Source: Patescibacteria group bacterium (GTDB lineage Bacteria; Patescibacteriota; Kazan-3B-28). From it: a stretch of 64,000 nt of DNA. Each line of letters begins with the position of its first letter. Positions within the stretch are counted from its first letter, which is position 1. The stretch is taken from positions 291,037-355,036 of the forward strand of contig JBAZNQ010000001.1 in NCBI GenBank assembly GCA_041649135.1. Direction: 5' to 3'. Below the pieces are notes generated by a model. That model had not been told where the DNA came from, did no database searches, and saw only the letters and a program-made list of their open reading frames with translations. Below are positions 8,929 to 19,808 of this stretch, one piece after another. The position numbers were made by a program, and so were the translations under genes.

Positions 8929-11085
8929 TTAGACCGAGTAATTCATCCCTCGGCGAGCAATCCAGCGATAAGTCAGAGTCGACAGACCCAGAGAAATCAC
9001 CGCTAGAATACTCAACCAAACTACTTCCATACCAGTCGGAGGCAATGGTTCGGTCGGAGTGATCGGCGTAGTACCGCACACAACCTTCAAACTGTTGGAG
9101 TAGACATAGAATCCATTTGGCTTTTCGGTACTTCTGACCAAGGCACTCACTTTCAAGTCAGTCCCCCGACGAATACCTTCATCTACTTGTACCTTCACGA
9201 CCATGGTTACTGTTTGACCTTCAGCCATTGTTCCGGGATTCCAGATAATTGTTCGACCAGTAATTTGCGGATCGTCCACCGCTGAAGTCGCGGACATGAA
9301 TGAGACATTATTTGGCAACGGCATCGACAAACTTACATTATGTGAAGTCGCATACCGATTAGTCAGCCGTACTGTGTAAACCACAATTGAATCATCACAA
9401 ACCGGCAAACCATTCTCGGTCGTGGCGGTAATGTAGCCATCAATATAGTAATTTGTTACCACACTACAATCACGCAGCGAAATTGTCATTTCGTTACTTA
9501 CTGAACGATTATCCCATGTTGCAGTTACTCGCACTCGGGCCGTTCCGACTGCACCATTAGCCGCCAATCTCGCACCATACTGGCTGTAGCGATTGCCGGT
9601 TAAATTACCGACACCGCTCACCCATTCCCAGTAATAACTAGCGCCGTCAATTTCAGCACCATGATTGTTTCTGGCTTGTGCCGAAAGATTAGCTACATCA
9701 GTCGAACACAACGGATTGCGGTCAGAATTGATATCAACATCAGCTAAGTAATCTTCTTGGATCTGAAAATCGCTGACATGGATCGACACACTATCTCTCA
9801 CCGCCGAATTACTTCCGCACCGTAGTGACAAAGTAAAGTCGCCAGTTTGAGTCGCGTAATAGCGATGAGTTGTCAGATTAAACGAACCACCGTCCCAACT
9901 CCACACCAAATTGCTGGTTGAAATTGGATTGTCCAAATTAGTCAACGTTGTATAAGTAATTTCGCGACTATCATTGCGATACAGATTCAGAGAAGACTGA
10001 TCAATATTGATCGCTGAACAGAATTCAGTTTGTGGGTTATCCAACACCGTCAGAGTTGCCGAAGCATCTTGCCAAGCCTGAACACCATTGTAAGTACCCT
10101 TCACTTTAATTGTGTAAGTACCTGCTGTGTCTGGGTAAAACTTCCAAGTTATGCCAGCCGATTGACCCACTTTTTGATTATTTCTCCAAGCCTCCCACGC
10201 AAAGCTAGTTAAGCTCGAGGTCGTAACCTCCGTAGTGCCGTTGAAAGCCTGCGCAGTATAAGTCTTGTAGTTGCCAACATAAATTGGGTTGCTGGCAGTC
10301 GGATACAACGAGACTGTCAGATGCACGCTTGGTTGTGGTGGAGTCACTGGATCAACAATCAAAGTCTGCTCGTTACTCCAAGCCGTCTTAGTAATTCCAT
10401 TAATCGTATAAATCCCGCGTGTTCGCACAACATAAGTGCCACTAGTAGTCGGAGTAAAAGTATAAGTAGTACCTGTGCCGTTACTCGCAACCGTTTGGCT
10501 ATTTTTAGTCACTACCCAGCCGAAAGTACTTTGACCAGTTACTGGCTGACCACCATAAGTCGCGTTCACACTATAAGTCTTAGATTCACCGACATTAATC
10601 GTATTTCCAGAAGTCAGTGCGCTAATCGACACGCCATATTCGCGATTGTCTTCAGTACTATTCACGATCAACGTCGCCCGAGCATCAGCCCAGACCACAT
10701 CGCCGCCAACATTAGCATTAGCGTTAATCGTATAAGTTCCAGCCGTGTTTGGACGGAACACCCAGCTAGCGCCACTACCGGTCGTCACCGTCTGATTGTT
10801 CAGACTAGCAAACCAAGTTACCTGCGCATTCGCTGTTATGTTAGTAATACCATTGAAGACTTGTGCTGTATAAACCTTATCACTACCCAACGTAACCGTT
10901 GAGTTAGTTGGATAAATTGCCATCGTCAAACTACCAGTCGCGCTTACCAAACTCGGCAATAAACTAGAAGCAATAAACAACGACCCAAATATAACCACGC
11001 CGAATCTCTTCCAGTTTTTAAACGCTTTAGAAATTCGTCGCACTCTGTAATACATCCCCAACCCCAAAGTTTTTAGAACACTCAT
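8929..11085 (-). CDS. Large secreted beta-rich (Ig-like repeats, DUF11-like) surface protein with LPxTG-type anchor
   Basis: Signal peptide; repeated TYTAQ...GTYTI units; IVVYTVRLTN...LPNNVSFMSA; C-terminal LPPTG + TM + RR. Confidence 0.8.
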   Translation of the reverse strand: MSVLKTLGLGMYYRVRRISKAFKNWKRFGVVIFGSLFIASSLLPSLVSATGSLTMAIYPTNSTVTLGSDKVYTAQVFNGITNITANAQVTWFASLNNQTVTTGSGASWVFRPNTAGTYTINANANVGGDVVWADARATLIVNSTEDNREYGVSISALTSGNTINVGESKTYSVNATYGGQPVTGQSTFGWVVTKNSQTVASNGTGTTYTFTPTTSGTYVVRTRGIYTINGITKTAWSNEQTLIVDPVTPPQPSVHLTVSLYPTASNPIYVGNYKTYTAQAFNGTTEVTTSSLTSFAWEAWRNNQKVGQSAGITWKFYPDTAGTYTIKVKGTYNGVQAWQDASATLTVLDNPQTEFCSAINIDQSSLNLYRNDSREITYTTLTNLDNPISTSNLVWSWDGGSFNLTTHRYYATQTGDFTLSLRCGSNSAVRDSVSIHVSDFQIQEDYLADVDINSDRNPLCSTDVANLSAQARNNHGAEIDGASYYWEWVSGVGNLTGNRYSQYGARLAANGAVGTARVRVTATWDNRSVSNEMTISLRDCSVVTNYYIDGYITATTENGLPVCDDSIVVYTVRLTNRYATSHNVSLSMPLPNNVSFMSATSAVDDPQITGRTIIWNPGTMAEGQTVTMVVKVQVDEGIRRGTDLKVSALVRSTEKPNGFYVYSNSLKVVCGTTPITPTEPLPPTGMEVVWLSILAVISLGLSTLTYRWIARRGMNYSV

Positions 11086-11308
11086 TTCACCTCCAGAATT
11101 AATATAATTCTTTTTTGCCCCTTATGTATATCGATTCCCGAGGAACCGAGGGACTTCATTGTTATAATTCCTTCCCCCTACCCCTCTACCCGTTAATCGA
11201 TACTCTGGGGGGAAATATCGAGACGAGGTAGAGAGGTAGGAAGAACGAACACTGTTCCTTATCGTCATCCTGAATTTAGTTCAGGATCTAATTATTAAAA
11301 GAGTTTTT

Positions 11309-11335
11309 GGGTGGGAGCGTCGAAACGCTCCCACC
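11309..11335. terminator. Hairpin terminator after the PKD lipoprotein gene
   Basis: gggtgggagcgt-cgaa-acgctcccaccc. Confidence 0.65.
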
Positions 11336-11347
11336 CCAAGTTGCTAG

Positions 11348-13333
11348 TTAATTCTCAACGACCACATGCCAGCGATGTCCGCCGATTCCGCTGACGCCCT
11401 TACCATCATCTACAAAGTAGACGGTAACTTGCTTTGTCAGCTGATGACTTACGTCCCAGCCGACATTGCAAGTAACGGGAACGGAAGCGTACAACAGATT
11501 CCCCTCTCCGTCCAGCGCAAATGCGCTATAAAAGATGGAACGCATTCTATTCTCCGGCAGCTGGTACACGAATCCATTCGGGTCAGACGACCAGCCAACC
11601 GTTGCCTGCGTCGGCACAGTCAGCTCCGTCAACCCATCAGCCGCATACATGCGGCTGACGAGGGTGATCTCATCACCCACATATGGGTCCGCAAACGGAT
11701 CCAGCGGCGTAATGGAAAGCTGCGCCCCAGCGTATGGGTCAACCGGCTCTTCCGTCACTACGATGCTGGTTTGAGCCGCAGCGATGGATGTCGCTCCATC
11801 ATCATCCGTCACTCGGACGTTGGGAATCCAAGTGCCAACATGATAGACGTGCTCCGTTACCGTCGCACCAATCGCCCAACTACCGTTGCCTTCAAAGTCC
11901 CACTCGTACGTTACGATGTTGCCATCAGTATCGTACGAGTTAGACGCATCCAGCGACACTGCCATAGGCGAGTAGCCACTGGTCGGATCTGCAACCAACA
12001 CCGCATGTGGCGGCAGATTAACCGGCGGAGCAACCGTCACCACAATGCTCGATTGAGCAATCGCAATGTCCGTCGCCCCATCGTTATCGGTAACGCGAAC
12101 TTTCGGAGTCCGCGTACCGGCGGCGTACGTATGGGTTGTACTGGCAACGGTCGTCGTGGTATCCCACGTACCATCGCCACCAAAATCCCATTCATACGTC
12201 ACGATGGTGCCGTCAGTGTCGTAACTGGCCGATGCATCAAGCGTTACCGTCAGTGGCGAATAGCCACTGGTCGGTGAAACTTGAAGATCAGCCACCGGCG
12301 GCTTGTTAGCCGGCGGCGGGGTCACAATTAGCTGGACTGTATGAGAATCTGTGTTCCCACACCCGTCCTTGATTGTAACCGTCAAGTTAGAGTCGGGCAT
12401 CGTCAACGAGAATGTTCCGTTGCCATGTCCACTCTGACCGTGGCCAGACCATCCCTCCGGACAGTCTGACCAAACATTGAATGTCACCACCGTTTCAACT
12501 CGCGCTGAAATCGTACCAGTAACATCCAACGTTGCCGTTGTAACGTTGTTACCGCCTATATCGCGGAAGATGATCCAAGAGTTGTTTTCCTCTCCCGGGC
12601 AAACCACCGGTGCTACCACCATCGCTGCCTCCACAATGACACCAGCTATCGCCACTATCCCCGCCATGAGCCAGTTGTCTGACTTTTCATGGATGGTGAT
12701 AGTCCGCTCGATAAATCCGCCAGACAAAACGATATTCAGCAGACGAACTGCTACCTCGCCTAATCCAGCCGGTGTCGCATCGACACGATTCCGGAATGGA
12801 ATCTTCGTGTCGAAAGGCAGCTGGGGAATCCAGCTCACCGTTGCTCCAGTTAGCTCTTCGCTCCCGTTGTAACTGTACGTTACCGCGTCAGCGAAAGTTC
12901 CAACCTCAGTGATGTATGCCAGAACTGGCCGTTGAGCCGCTTGTTCACGGTCCAACTGCACCCAGCGAATGGCACCTAATGTATCACGAAGTGCCATGTC
13001 GGTATAGTAACCGACCGTCAGTTCGCCCACTCGGTTCTTCACTGGAATTTCAAACACCTTGCCTTGATCGGCAGGGAGATTGGTGATCAGCGTACCACCG
13101 ACATTCCACGTTGGACGCAGACGATGCGATGACGAATCATCAATCGTGCTGCGGTCACCAGCCGGCTTGTAACCGGCCACTACGTCATAGTAGACCGTGT
13201 CCGCCGTCACCGACGGAGTCACAGTTTCGTCAACATCCACCGACGATCCACCGACACACCCGACAATCGCCGCCAAGGCAGCGAGGACGGCCACAATGAG
13301 TGCCGAGCGAAGCCCGGCGTACAGGTTGCGCAT
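11348..13333 (-). CDS. Lipoprotein with two PKD domains
   Basis: Lipobox-like AIVGC; two PKD repeats (SGYSPLTVTLDASASYDTDGTIVTYEWDFGGDG / ...YEWDFEGNG); visibly GC-richer than neighbours. Confidence 0.85.
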   Translation of the reverse strand: MRNLYAGLRSALIVAVLAALAAIVGCVGGSSVDVDETVTPSVTADTVYYDVVAGYKPAGDRSTIDDSSSHRLRPTWNVGGTLITNLPADQGKVFEIPVKNRVGELTVGYYTDMALRDTLGAIRWVQLDREQAAQRPVLAYITEVGTFADAVTYSYNGSEELTGATVSWIPQLPFDTKIPFRNRVDATPAGLGEVAVRLLNIVLSGGFIERTITIHEKSDNWLMAGIVAIAGVIVEAAMVVAPVVCPGEENNSWIIFRDIGGNNVTTATLDVTGTISARVETVVTFNVWSDCPEGWSGHGQSGHGNGTFSLTMPDSNLTVTIKDGCGNTDSHTVQLIVTPPPANKPPVADLQVSPTSGYSPLTVTLDASASYDTDGTIVTYEWDFGGDGTWDTTTTVASTTHTYAAGTRTPKVRVTDNDGATDIAIAQSSIVVTVAPPVNLPPHAVLVADPTSGYSPMAVSLDASNSYDTDGNIVTYEWDFEGNGSWAIGATVTEHVYHVGTWIPNVRVTDDDGATSIAAAQTSIVVTEEPVDPYAGAQLSITPLDPFADPYVGDEITLVSRMYAADGLTELTVPTQATVGWSSDPNGFVYQLPENRMRSIFYSAFALDGEGNLLYASVPVTCNVGWDVSHQLTKQVTVYFVDDGKGVSGIGGHRWHVVVEN

Positions 13334-13554
13334 TCTGCTTTCCTCCGGGCTTCCGCCCAGCTTAGATTACTTTGCGCAAATCCTTAGCTAGAAGACTCGC
13401 GCACAGCACTCCAGTGAAGAGAAGGTGTCGATCCTTAAATTGAAATCCTTAAAGATTAGTCCAAGAACTTCCAGACCTTAACCTCTGCATCACCAGAGTG
13501 CTATGCACAAATACTTCCGCAGTAATTTACAATTGTTTGCCATTCATTTTCTTC

Positions 13555-13638
13555 GTCATCCTCAACTTGATTGGGGATCCAGACAGAAACAAAAACATTT
13601 CTTGTTCTTTTCTAGATTCCCGCCTTCGCGGGAATGAC
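13555..13638. repeat. REP-like palindrome pair
   Basis: gtcatcctcaacttgattggggatcc ... gattcccgccttcgcgggaatgac. Confidence 0.75.
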
Positions 13639-13929
13639 GGGGAAAGGGCTCAACTCAAAACCCACCACGCCCCCTGCGTGTTGGTTTATTTGTTTTAATA
13701 GATTGTAAATTTTCACATCGTCGCTGTCGCTGACCATATTTAGTCAACTAGCAATTTGTCGATGTGCAATGAGCCGCTTGGCTCGCTATACCTAGACTAT
13801 AGTAGTCAAAGTATTTTGTCAAGCAAAAAGTGGCTCTGGAAGTACAAAAAGCCGCTTTTGCCAACCATTTCTGAAGTATACCTGATATCCCCTTGACAAC
13901 TACCAATAAAAATGTCCTAATCTGGGAAA

Positions 13930-14574
13930 CTATGCCCGAACATCCTGCGCCTTTTCTGCCTCCAGCATCGCCATATCTGTAGCTGACAGCGGTGTTTTAA
14001 ACAGCTCATTCACCAACCACAGCCCACTCTCCCGAATTTTCTGTTTTGGGGACCACTGACCAAACCAGTTTTGTGACGGTCGACACTCCGAACAAGCCGC
14101 AATCGTACTAATCATTCTAGATTCCAGCCTCAATCGCCTATCTTTATTCTCCACCTCAATTACCACAAAGCTAAAATTGGTCTGGATGTACTGCGACACA
14201 CATTTTTCAGTACCTTGCAGCTTTCCCTTGTCCACTCCATCTCCGTGTCTCCCCCTAGCTGCCGCTGATGTTAAATCTAACTCCCACTTCTCCAAAAATT
14301 CATCGTCAGCTTGATTTAAAAATGCCCGCCCGATGTTCTTTCGGAAGATACTTCTATCTTTGTTCTCCGTCAGAAAATGCTGACGCAACCGCGACCGTAA
14401 TTGATCTTTGCCCGTATGTGTACCAATCCTGACAATCCGCCGACCACCATGAGCCTTCTCCCCCTTCTCAAACAAAAGATAAATCCCATTCGCTGGAATT
14501 CTTGTTTCGTCAAACGGAAATGTAAACACCGCCAGACTATTTGCCCACTTGTGCAGGTTCTCGCACTGATTCAT
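13930..14574 (-). CDS. Putative GIY-YIG superfamily nuclease
   Basis: NGIYLLFE...IVRIGTH...LRSRLRQH and a later LE..MI helix match the GIY-YIG core pattern. Confidence 0.6.
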   Translation of the reverse strand: MNQCENLHKWANSLAVFTFPFDETRIPANGIYLLFEKGEKAHGGRRIVRIGTHTGKDQLRSRLRQHFLTENKDRSIFRKNIGRAFLNQADDEFLEKWELDLTSAAARGRHGDGVDKGKLQGTEKCVSQYIQTNFSFVVIEVENKDRRLRLESRMISTIAACSECRPSQNWFGQWSPKQKIRESGLWLVNELFKTPLSATDMAMLEAEKAQDVRA

Positions 14575-14995
14575 TATTTAGGTTCACCTTTAACCAATGT
14601 AACTGTTTCCCAATTCCCAAATTCTTCAACGGCACTATGCTGTATCGTAAAGATGAGACCAAGTGCCTACGATACTTTTCCCCCGCCAACACCACTACTT
14701 CCAAATTATCTATATCCGCTTTCGCCCGTAAATGTTTTAACACCCGTTCCGCCCACACTCGGACTTGTTGATCCGACATTGTCTTCAGAGTCAGATTGTA
14801 CGGCACAAGCCTCCGATCCAATTCAACTAGCCCATATTTCGCTGACAAAATAAATATCGCATCAGGCCGTAACGAATGCGCATACGCCAAATTTGCTCGA
14901 AACAACGGGCTAATATAAAAATCCTCGGCCGGAGCCGCCCGATTCGCCTTCTTACTCGCACAGGCAATTAAGACGATCTTCTTCATCACCAACAA
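14537..14995 (-). CDS. DUF6884-like protein (YaaA-related fold, inferred)
   Basis: IVLIACASKK...PAEDFYISPLF...ILSAKYGLV...YNLTL...LAGEKY...LGIGKQL. Confidence 0.7.
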   Translation of the reverse strand: MLVMKKIVLIACASKKANRAAPAEDFYISPLFRANLAYAHSLRPDAIFILSAKYGLVELDRRLVPYNLTLKTMSDQQVRVWAERVLKHLRAKADIDNLEVVVLAGEKYRRHLVSSLRYSIVPLKNLGIGKQLHWLKVNLNNESVREPAQVGK

Positions 14996-14997
14996 CC

Positions 14998-15477
14998 CTA
15001 ATTGTCGTAAAAATATCTTCCATTACGATATGCCTCGATGTAGCTGGGAATAGTCTCAAACACCGGCCTCGGCAAATTGTCTAAATCATACCAATCCCAC
15101 CCATCGTTTTTCTCTGGTTCCATCACCTTCGGCTCACCACTCTTCCAATCCGCCACCAATCCAATATCAACATAATGCTTGGGAGCATAGGCCTTTAGAT
15201 TCATTAACCGCAAAAACCTAATATTCGTAATCTCAATATCAGCTTCTTCTCTAGTTTCTCGCTTAGCACAGTCTTCAAACGATTCCATGTACTCCATGTG
15301 ACCGCCCGGCCAAGCATAAGTGTTCTCGCCGTGAGCCCCTTTGCGTTTATGCATCAACACTTTGCCGTCTTTCATAACCATCACCCCAATACCAACTTTT
15401 ATGCCAAGCCCTTGCTCTGGTTCATTTTGCGCCACCATCACCCCAATACCTGCCTCTGATTTTGATTCGTCATTCAT
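14998..15477 (-). CDS. NUDIX hydrolase (NUDT15/MutT-like)
   Basis: PGGHMEYMESFEDCAKRETREEAD Nudix box; EPEK..GWDW. Confidence 0.9.
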   Translation of the reverse strand: MNDESKSEAGIGVMVAQNEPEQGLGIKVGIGVMVMKDGKVLMHKRKGAHGENTYAWPGGHMEYMESFEDCAKRETREEADIEITNIRFLRLMNLKAYAPKHYVDIGLVADWKSGEPKVMEPEKNDGWDWYDLDNLPRPVFETIPSYIEAYRNGRYFYDN

Positions 15478-15592
15478 AGTTCCATCCTCGGCTATTAAAT
15501 GATCTAATAATTATTTCCCGCAACACTTCTTGAACCCCAGTGGTAGAAACTTCGTTTCACTACAGGGCAAGCTTTTTCCCTCTATAGTATGG

Positions 15593-18412
15593 CTATGCGC
15601 CATGACATTTTTTATATTTCTTACCAGAACCACACGGACACGGATCATTCCGCCCAACTTTGTCTTTATGCTCCTGTGGATCGCGTACCGCCCGTAGGTC
15701 CCCCGTAGCTTCACGCGAAGGGGGATCCCCCACCTCCGTTTGGTGATTGGTTATTGATGATTGGCTATTAGTCGCTGGTGATTGGTCATTGGTTATTGGT
15801 GCTTGCGATTCAGCGATTTCCTTCTCTTCGTCGCTGAAATCGCCCTTCGGTTCCGCACCACCTTGTAAATCTAATTTTGCGTCCGGCGTAGCTTTCTTGT
15901 CCGACGTAGCCTTGGTGAAGTTGGAAGCGAAGGAGGACTCACCACCCCGCAACGCCAACTTCTTTTTCTCTTCCAGCTCGTCTTTACCCTGTTGGTCATT
16001 GGTTATTGGAGATTGGATATTATCGTCAGCTTTGCTGACGATTTTAACTTTAAAAATCAATCTCGCCACATCAAACGCTATCGCACTTTGCAATCTCTGA
16101 AACATCGCATACGCCTGCTGTTTGTATTCCACTAATGGATCTCTCTGCCCATACCCCTGCAAACCAATTGCTTCACGCATTTTCATCATCGCGTCAATGT
16201 GCTCCATCCATAAAATATCCATCACTCGCAATAAAACTGCCCGTTCCGCCTGACGAAAATTCCCAATTTCTTCTCCATCCACCATCTGGCTGCCGGCTTC
16301 TTTTTCTTTAGTCTCATATTGTTTCTTTGCTTCCTCTACCAAAATCTCACCCCAGCGTTCTGCACCCGTTTCTTCCAGTTGTTTCTTCAAATCACTCCCG
16401 ACTGGGAAAATATTATTCACATTTTCGATTACCGTCTTAAGATCAGTCGAATAATTATTTGCCAGCAGTCTCAATTCATCAAAAATATAACCCTGTACCA
16501 TCGTTCTGATATCATCCCCTTCCCCCGATTCATGATTCATAATTCGTGATTCTTGATTCAAAATCGCCTGCCTCTGTCTGTACGTCGTTGCTCGATGACG
16601 ATTCATTACATCGTCGTATTCCACGACGCGTTTGCGAATATCAAAGTTATGGCCCTCCACTCGTTTCTGGGCTGACTCAATGCTCGAAGTGATCCACCGA
16701 TGTTCCAACGGCTGATCCTCCGGCATTTTCAGCGTCTTCATCATCGACTTCAGCCGTTCACTACCGAACAACCGCATCAAATCATCTTCCAATGATACAA
16801 AAAATTGCGTGCTCCCCGGATCACCTTGCCGACCAGCTCGACCACGCAGCTGGTTATCAATTCGACGAGACTCGTGCCGCTCGGTACCGATAATATGTAA
16901 ACCACCCAATTCTTTTACGCCTTCACCTAATTTAATGTCCGTTCCTCGACCAGCCATGTTGGTCGCGATCGTTACCATTCCCTTTTGTCCGGCATCTTTG
17001 ACTATCTCGGCTTCTTTTTCGTGATGCTTCGCATTCAAAACACTATGCGGCACTCCTTCCACTTTTAGCATTTCTGACAGCAATTCTGATTTTTCGATTG
17101 CGATCGTACCAACCAAAACCGGCTGACCAGTTTCATATCGGCGTTGAATTTCCTTCACCACCGCCTGAAACTTCATTCGTTCATTGACATAGATCAAATC
17201 ATTCAAATCTTGCCGCACCATTGGCCGATTAGTTGGAACTACTACCACTTCCAAACCATAAATTTTCCAAAACTCTTCTTCTTCAGTCTTGGCCGTACCA
17301 GTCATCCCACCTAACTTGTCGAACAAACGAAAATAGTTCTGGAAAGTGATCGTCGCTAACGTTTTGCTTTCCCGTTTAACTTCAACATTCTCCTTAGCTT
17401 CGATCGCTTGATGTAATCCTTCGGAATATCGACGCCCCTGCATCAACCGACCGGTAAATTCATCGACAATTAACACCTCTCCGTCTTTCACTACATAATC
17501 AACGTCTCTTTTATACATTGCCTGCGCCCGCAGAGCTTGTTCAATGTGATGCGCTAGTAAAATATTACCTGATTCATAAATATCACCGATCCCCAATAGC
17601 TTTTCTATTTTCTCAATTCCCGCTTCCGTCAAAATCGCCGACTTTTGTTTTTCATCAGTCGTGTAATCAACCTCTTTTGTTAGCTGTGGCACGATCGCCG
17701 CAAATTGTTTGTAATGCTGTGTCGATTCCTCATCCGGCGCCGAAATGATCAAAGGCGTTCTGGCCTCATCCACTAAAATCGAGTCAACTTCATCAACGAT
17801 CGCATAATACAATCCCCGTTGAACTTGTTCCTCACGGCTTCCCGCCATATTGTCGCGCAGATAATCAAACCCAAATTCATTATTCGTCCCGTAAGTAATA
17901 TCCGCCGCGTATGCCTGCTTGCGTTCTTCCGGTGAAGTATCGTGAGTAATTGCTCCAACTGTTAATCCCAAAAATTCATACACTTGACCCATCCATTCCG
18001 AGTCACGTTTTGCCAGATAATCGTTTACCGTTACGATGTGCACTCCCTTACCCGCTAATGCGTTCAAATATGCTGGTAGAGTTGAAACCAAAGTTTTACC
18101 CTCACCTGTTCTCATTTCCGAAATCTTGCCTTGATGTAACACAATGCCACCCATTAACTGCACATCAAAATGCCGCTCACCCAGCGTCCTCTTGGCGGCT
18201 TCGCGCACAACCGCAAATGCCTCCGGTAAAATATCATCCAAAGTCTGACCCTTGGCCAATAACTCCTTGAAATATTCCGTCTTTGCCCTTAATTCACTAT
18301 CCGCTAGTGGCTGTACACTAGCCTCTAGCCCATTGATCCGATCAACGATCGGCTGGAGCTTTTTAATTGCCTGTTTGTTTGGATCCCCCAAAATCCTCTC
18401 GAGAAACTTCAT
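15593..18412 (-). CDS. secA: Preprotein translocase subunit SecA
   Basis: [34 protein letters not shown]-terminal [19 protein letters not shown]. Confidence 0.99.
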   Translation of the reverse strand: MKFLERILGDPNKQAIKKLQPIVDRINGLEASVQPLADSELRAKTEYFKELLAKGQTLDDILPEAFAVVREAAKRTLGERHFDVQLMGGIVLHQGKISEMRTGEGKTLVSTLPAYLNALAGKGVHIVTVNDYLAKRDSEWMGQVYEFLGLTVGAITHDTSPEERKQAYAADITYGTNNEFGFDYLRDNMAGSREEQVQRGLYYAIVDEVDSILVDEARTPLIISAPDEESTQHYKQFAAIVPQLTKEVDYTTDEKQKSAILTEAGIEKIEKLLGIGDIYESGNILLAHHIEQALRAQAMYKRDVDYVVKDGEVLIVDEFTGRLMQGRRYSEGLHQAIEAKENVEVKRESKTLATITFQNYFRLFDKLGGMTGTAKTEEEEFWKIYGLEVVVVPTNRPMVRQDLNDLIYVNERMKFQAVVKEIQRRYETGQPVLVGTIAIEKSELLSEMLKVEGVPHSVLNAKHHEKEAEIVKDAGQKGMVTIATNMAGRGTDIKLGEGVKELGGLHIIGTERHESRRIDNQLRGRAGRQGDPGSTQFFVSLEDDLMRLFGSERLKSMMKTLKMPEDQPLEHRWITSSIESAQKRVEGHNFDIRKRVVEYDDVMNRHRATTYRQRQAILNQESRIMNHESGEGDDIRTMVQGYIFDELRLLANNYSTDLKTVIENVNNIFPVGSDLKKQLEETGAERWGEILVEEAKKQYETKEKEAGSQMVDGEEIGNFRQAERAVLLRVMDILWMEHIDAMMKMREAIGLQGYGQRDPLVEYKQQAYAMFQRLQSAIAFDVARLIFKVKIVSKADDNIQSPITNDQQGKDELEEKKKLALRGGESSFASNFTKATSDKKATPDAKLDLQGGAEPKGDFSDEEKEIAESQAPITNDQSPATNSQSSITNHQTEVGDPPSREATGDLRAVRDPQEHKDKVGRNDPCPCGSGKKYKKCHGA

Positions 18413-18480
18413 AACCTCTCCATTCTAACCTTAAACCCCGCCACTATACCACATACCCCTCCTACCTACCCCCTCCTACA

Positions 18481-18522
18481 CATCCTCATCCTCATCCTCA
18501 TCCTCATCCTCATCCTCATCCC
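18481..18522. repeat. (CATCCT)7 hexamer microsatellite
   Basis: Six exact CATCCT units plus CATCCC. Confidence 0.9.
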
Positions 18523-18586
18523 ACCGCCCCCTCCTTCCTCCAATTACTTCTCCTTCCCCCCAACCACTCCCCCTCCTATATCCAAG

Positions 18587-19642
18587 CACGTTGAGTTGAT
18601 GCGGCCGCCTGAACTCAACGTGCTTACCTGATCGCCTTAGTTCAACATGTCTAACCAATCGCTTGAGCTGACTACCCCCAACCATTCTTTTCTGATTATG
18701 CCCAGTTACAACGACCTTTGTAACTGGGCATATTATTTCCCTTACCTCTTTCTTGCTGCATCAAGTAAAAACTCCGTCTAGGATTGACCTTCGACCCAAT
18801 CAGCCATAAGCTGTAGCCAGCAATCTTAACAACAAGGGGACAGATGACCAATGAACCCTCTCAACACCAAAACCTGCGACAGCTACAGTCGACAGACATG
18901 GAAGTTAATGTGGCGATACGGGCTTTCTGTGATGATTGTCACAGCCGCCTATTGGGGAATCGGTTATTGGATAACCGGTTCAGTACCAGCAACTAATGAA
19001 ACAGCACTTTGGATTGCTCCGATTCCCAACATCCAGCTTGCCAAACAGCTCATCAGTTTATCGCTATCCCAACCGTGGTTGGCTATTCCGATCCTCGGGC
19101 TGTGGACTATGCTAGTTGTTCGGTACATTCGAGAAGCTATTCAAACTCCAATAGGCTATATCAGGTCAACTCTAACGCTTTTCTGCGGATTAATTTCTGG
19201 ATTAGCCTGCGGCCTCATCTGCGGACTGATTTTCGGCCTAGCAAGCGGATTCATCGCTGGATTAATTCTCAAAATCCAAAACATGAATTCGCCTCCCATC
19301 TTTTATCCAGCAACTTGCTGGCTTGGAAACGGGATAGCCATCGGGCTAATTTCTGGGCCGATTCTCGGGTTAGGGTTCGGAATAGCTGTCGGGTTGACTT
19401 TTGAGGTGGGCATTGGAATGGCACTGATAATCATCAGATTATCCACACTACTTCATCCACCACCCATCGTACCCGATAACTGACCCCTGTTGTCCAAACG
19501 TCCTTTCCAAAAGGTACAGACAAGAAGCAGTTGCTCTCTGCAACTCCTCTCTTGGTTTCTGTGCCTTTTTTCTTTGCCAACTTGAGCAACCGCAGTTCCC
19601 ACCACGTTGAGTTGATGCGGCCGCTTGAACTCAACGTGCTTA
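18587..19642. mobile_element. Small islet bounded by 40-bp palindromic direct repeats
   Basis: cacgttgagttgatgcggccgcYtgaactcaacgtgctta at 18587-18626 and 19603-19642 (39/40 identical). Confidence 0.55.
18851..19483 (+). CDS. Hypothetical multi-pass membrane protein (Gly-rich helices)
   Basis: Several hydrophobic GLxxGLxxG segments; TTGACC promoter-like site and AAGGGGA RBS upstream. Confidence 0.7.
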   Translation: MNPLNTKTCDSYSRQTWKLMWRYGLSVMIVTAAYWGIGYWITGSVPATNETALWIAPIPNIQLAKQLISLSLSQPWLAIPILGLWTMLVVRYIREAIQTPIGYIRSTLTLFCGLISGLACGLICGLIFGLASGFIAGLILKIQNMNSPPIFYPATCWLGNGIAIGLISGPILGLGFGIAVGLTFEVGIGMALIIIRLSTLLHPPPIVPDN

Positions 19643-19643
19643 G

Positions 19644-19688
19644 CTATTTGTTTGGACTCCCCAAAATCCTCTCAAGAAAATTCGCCAT
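19644..19688 (-). pseudogene. Duplicated secA 5' fragment (MANFLERILGSPNK*)
   Basis: 35/40 nt identical to secA 18371-18410; SecA begins [14 protein letters not shown]. Confidence 0.75.
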
Positions 19689-19808
19689 TACCAGATAATT
19701 CTCTCCCAAAAACCACTTTTTAGCCAATCTTAATCAAAAAAATATGCCCGAGTGAATACAATACTCACTCGGGCATTCAAAGATCTGCCCACAATGGCAA
19801 CTACCCTC

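Noticed and set aside
11366-12277. 303-aa + strand ORF and other long antisense ORFs (e.g. 10321, 44180, 57128)
   Set aside because: They are shadows of better-supported - strand genes, with Arg/His-rich non-protein-like composition.
18476-18685. ORF ending in DEDEDEDE
   Set aside because: It is produced by the CATCCT microsatellite and palindromic repeat; no RBS.
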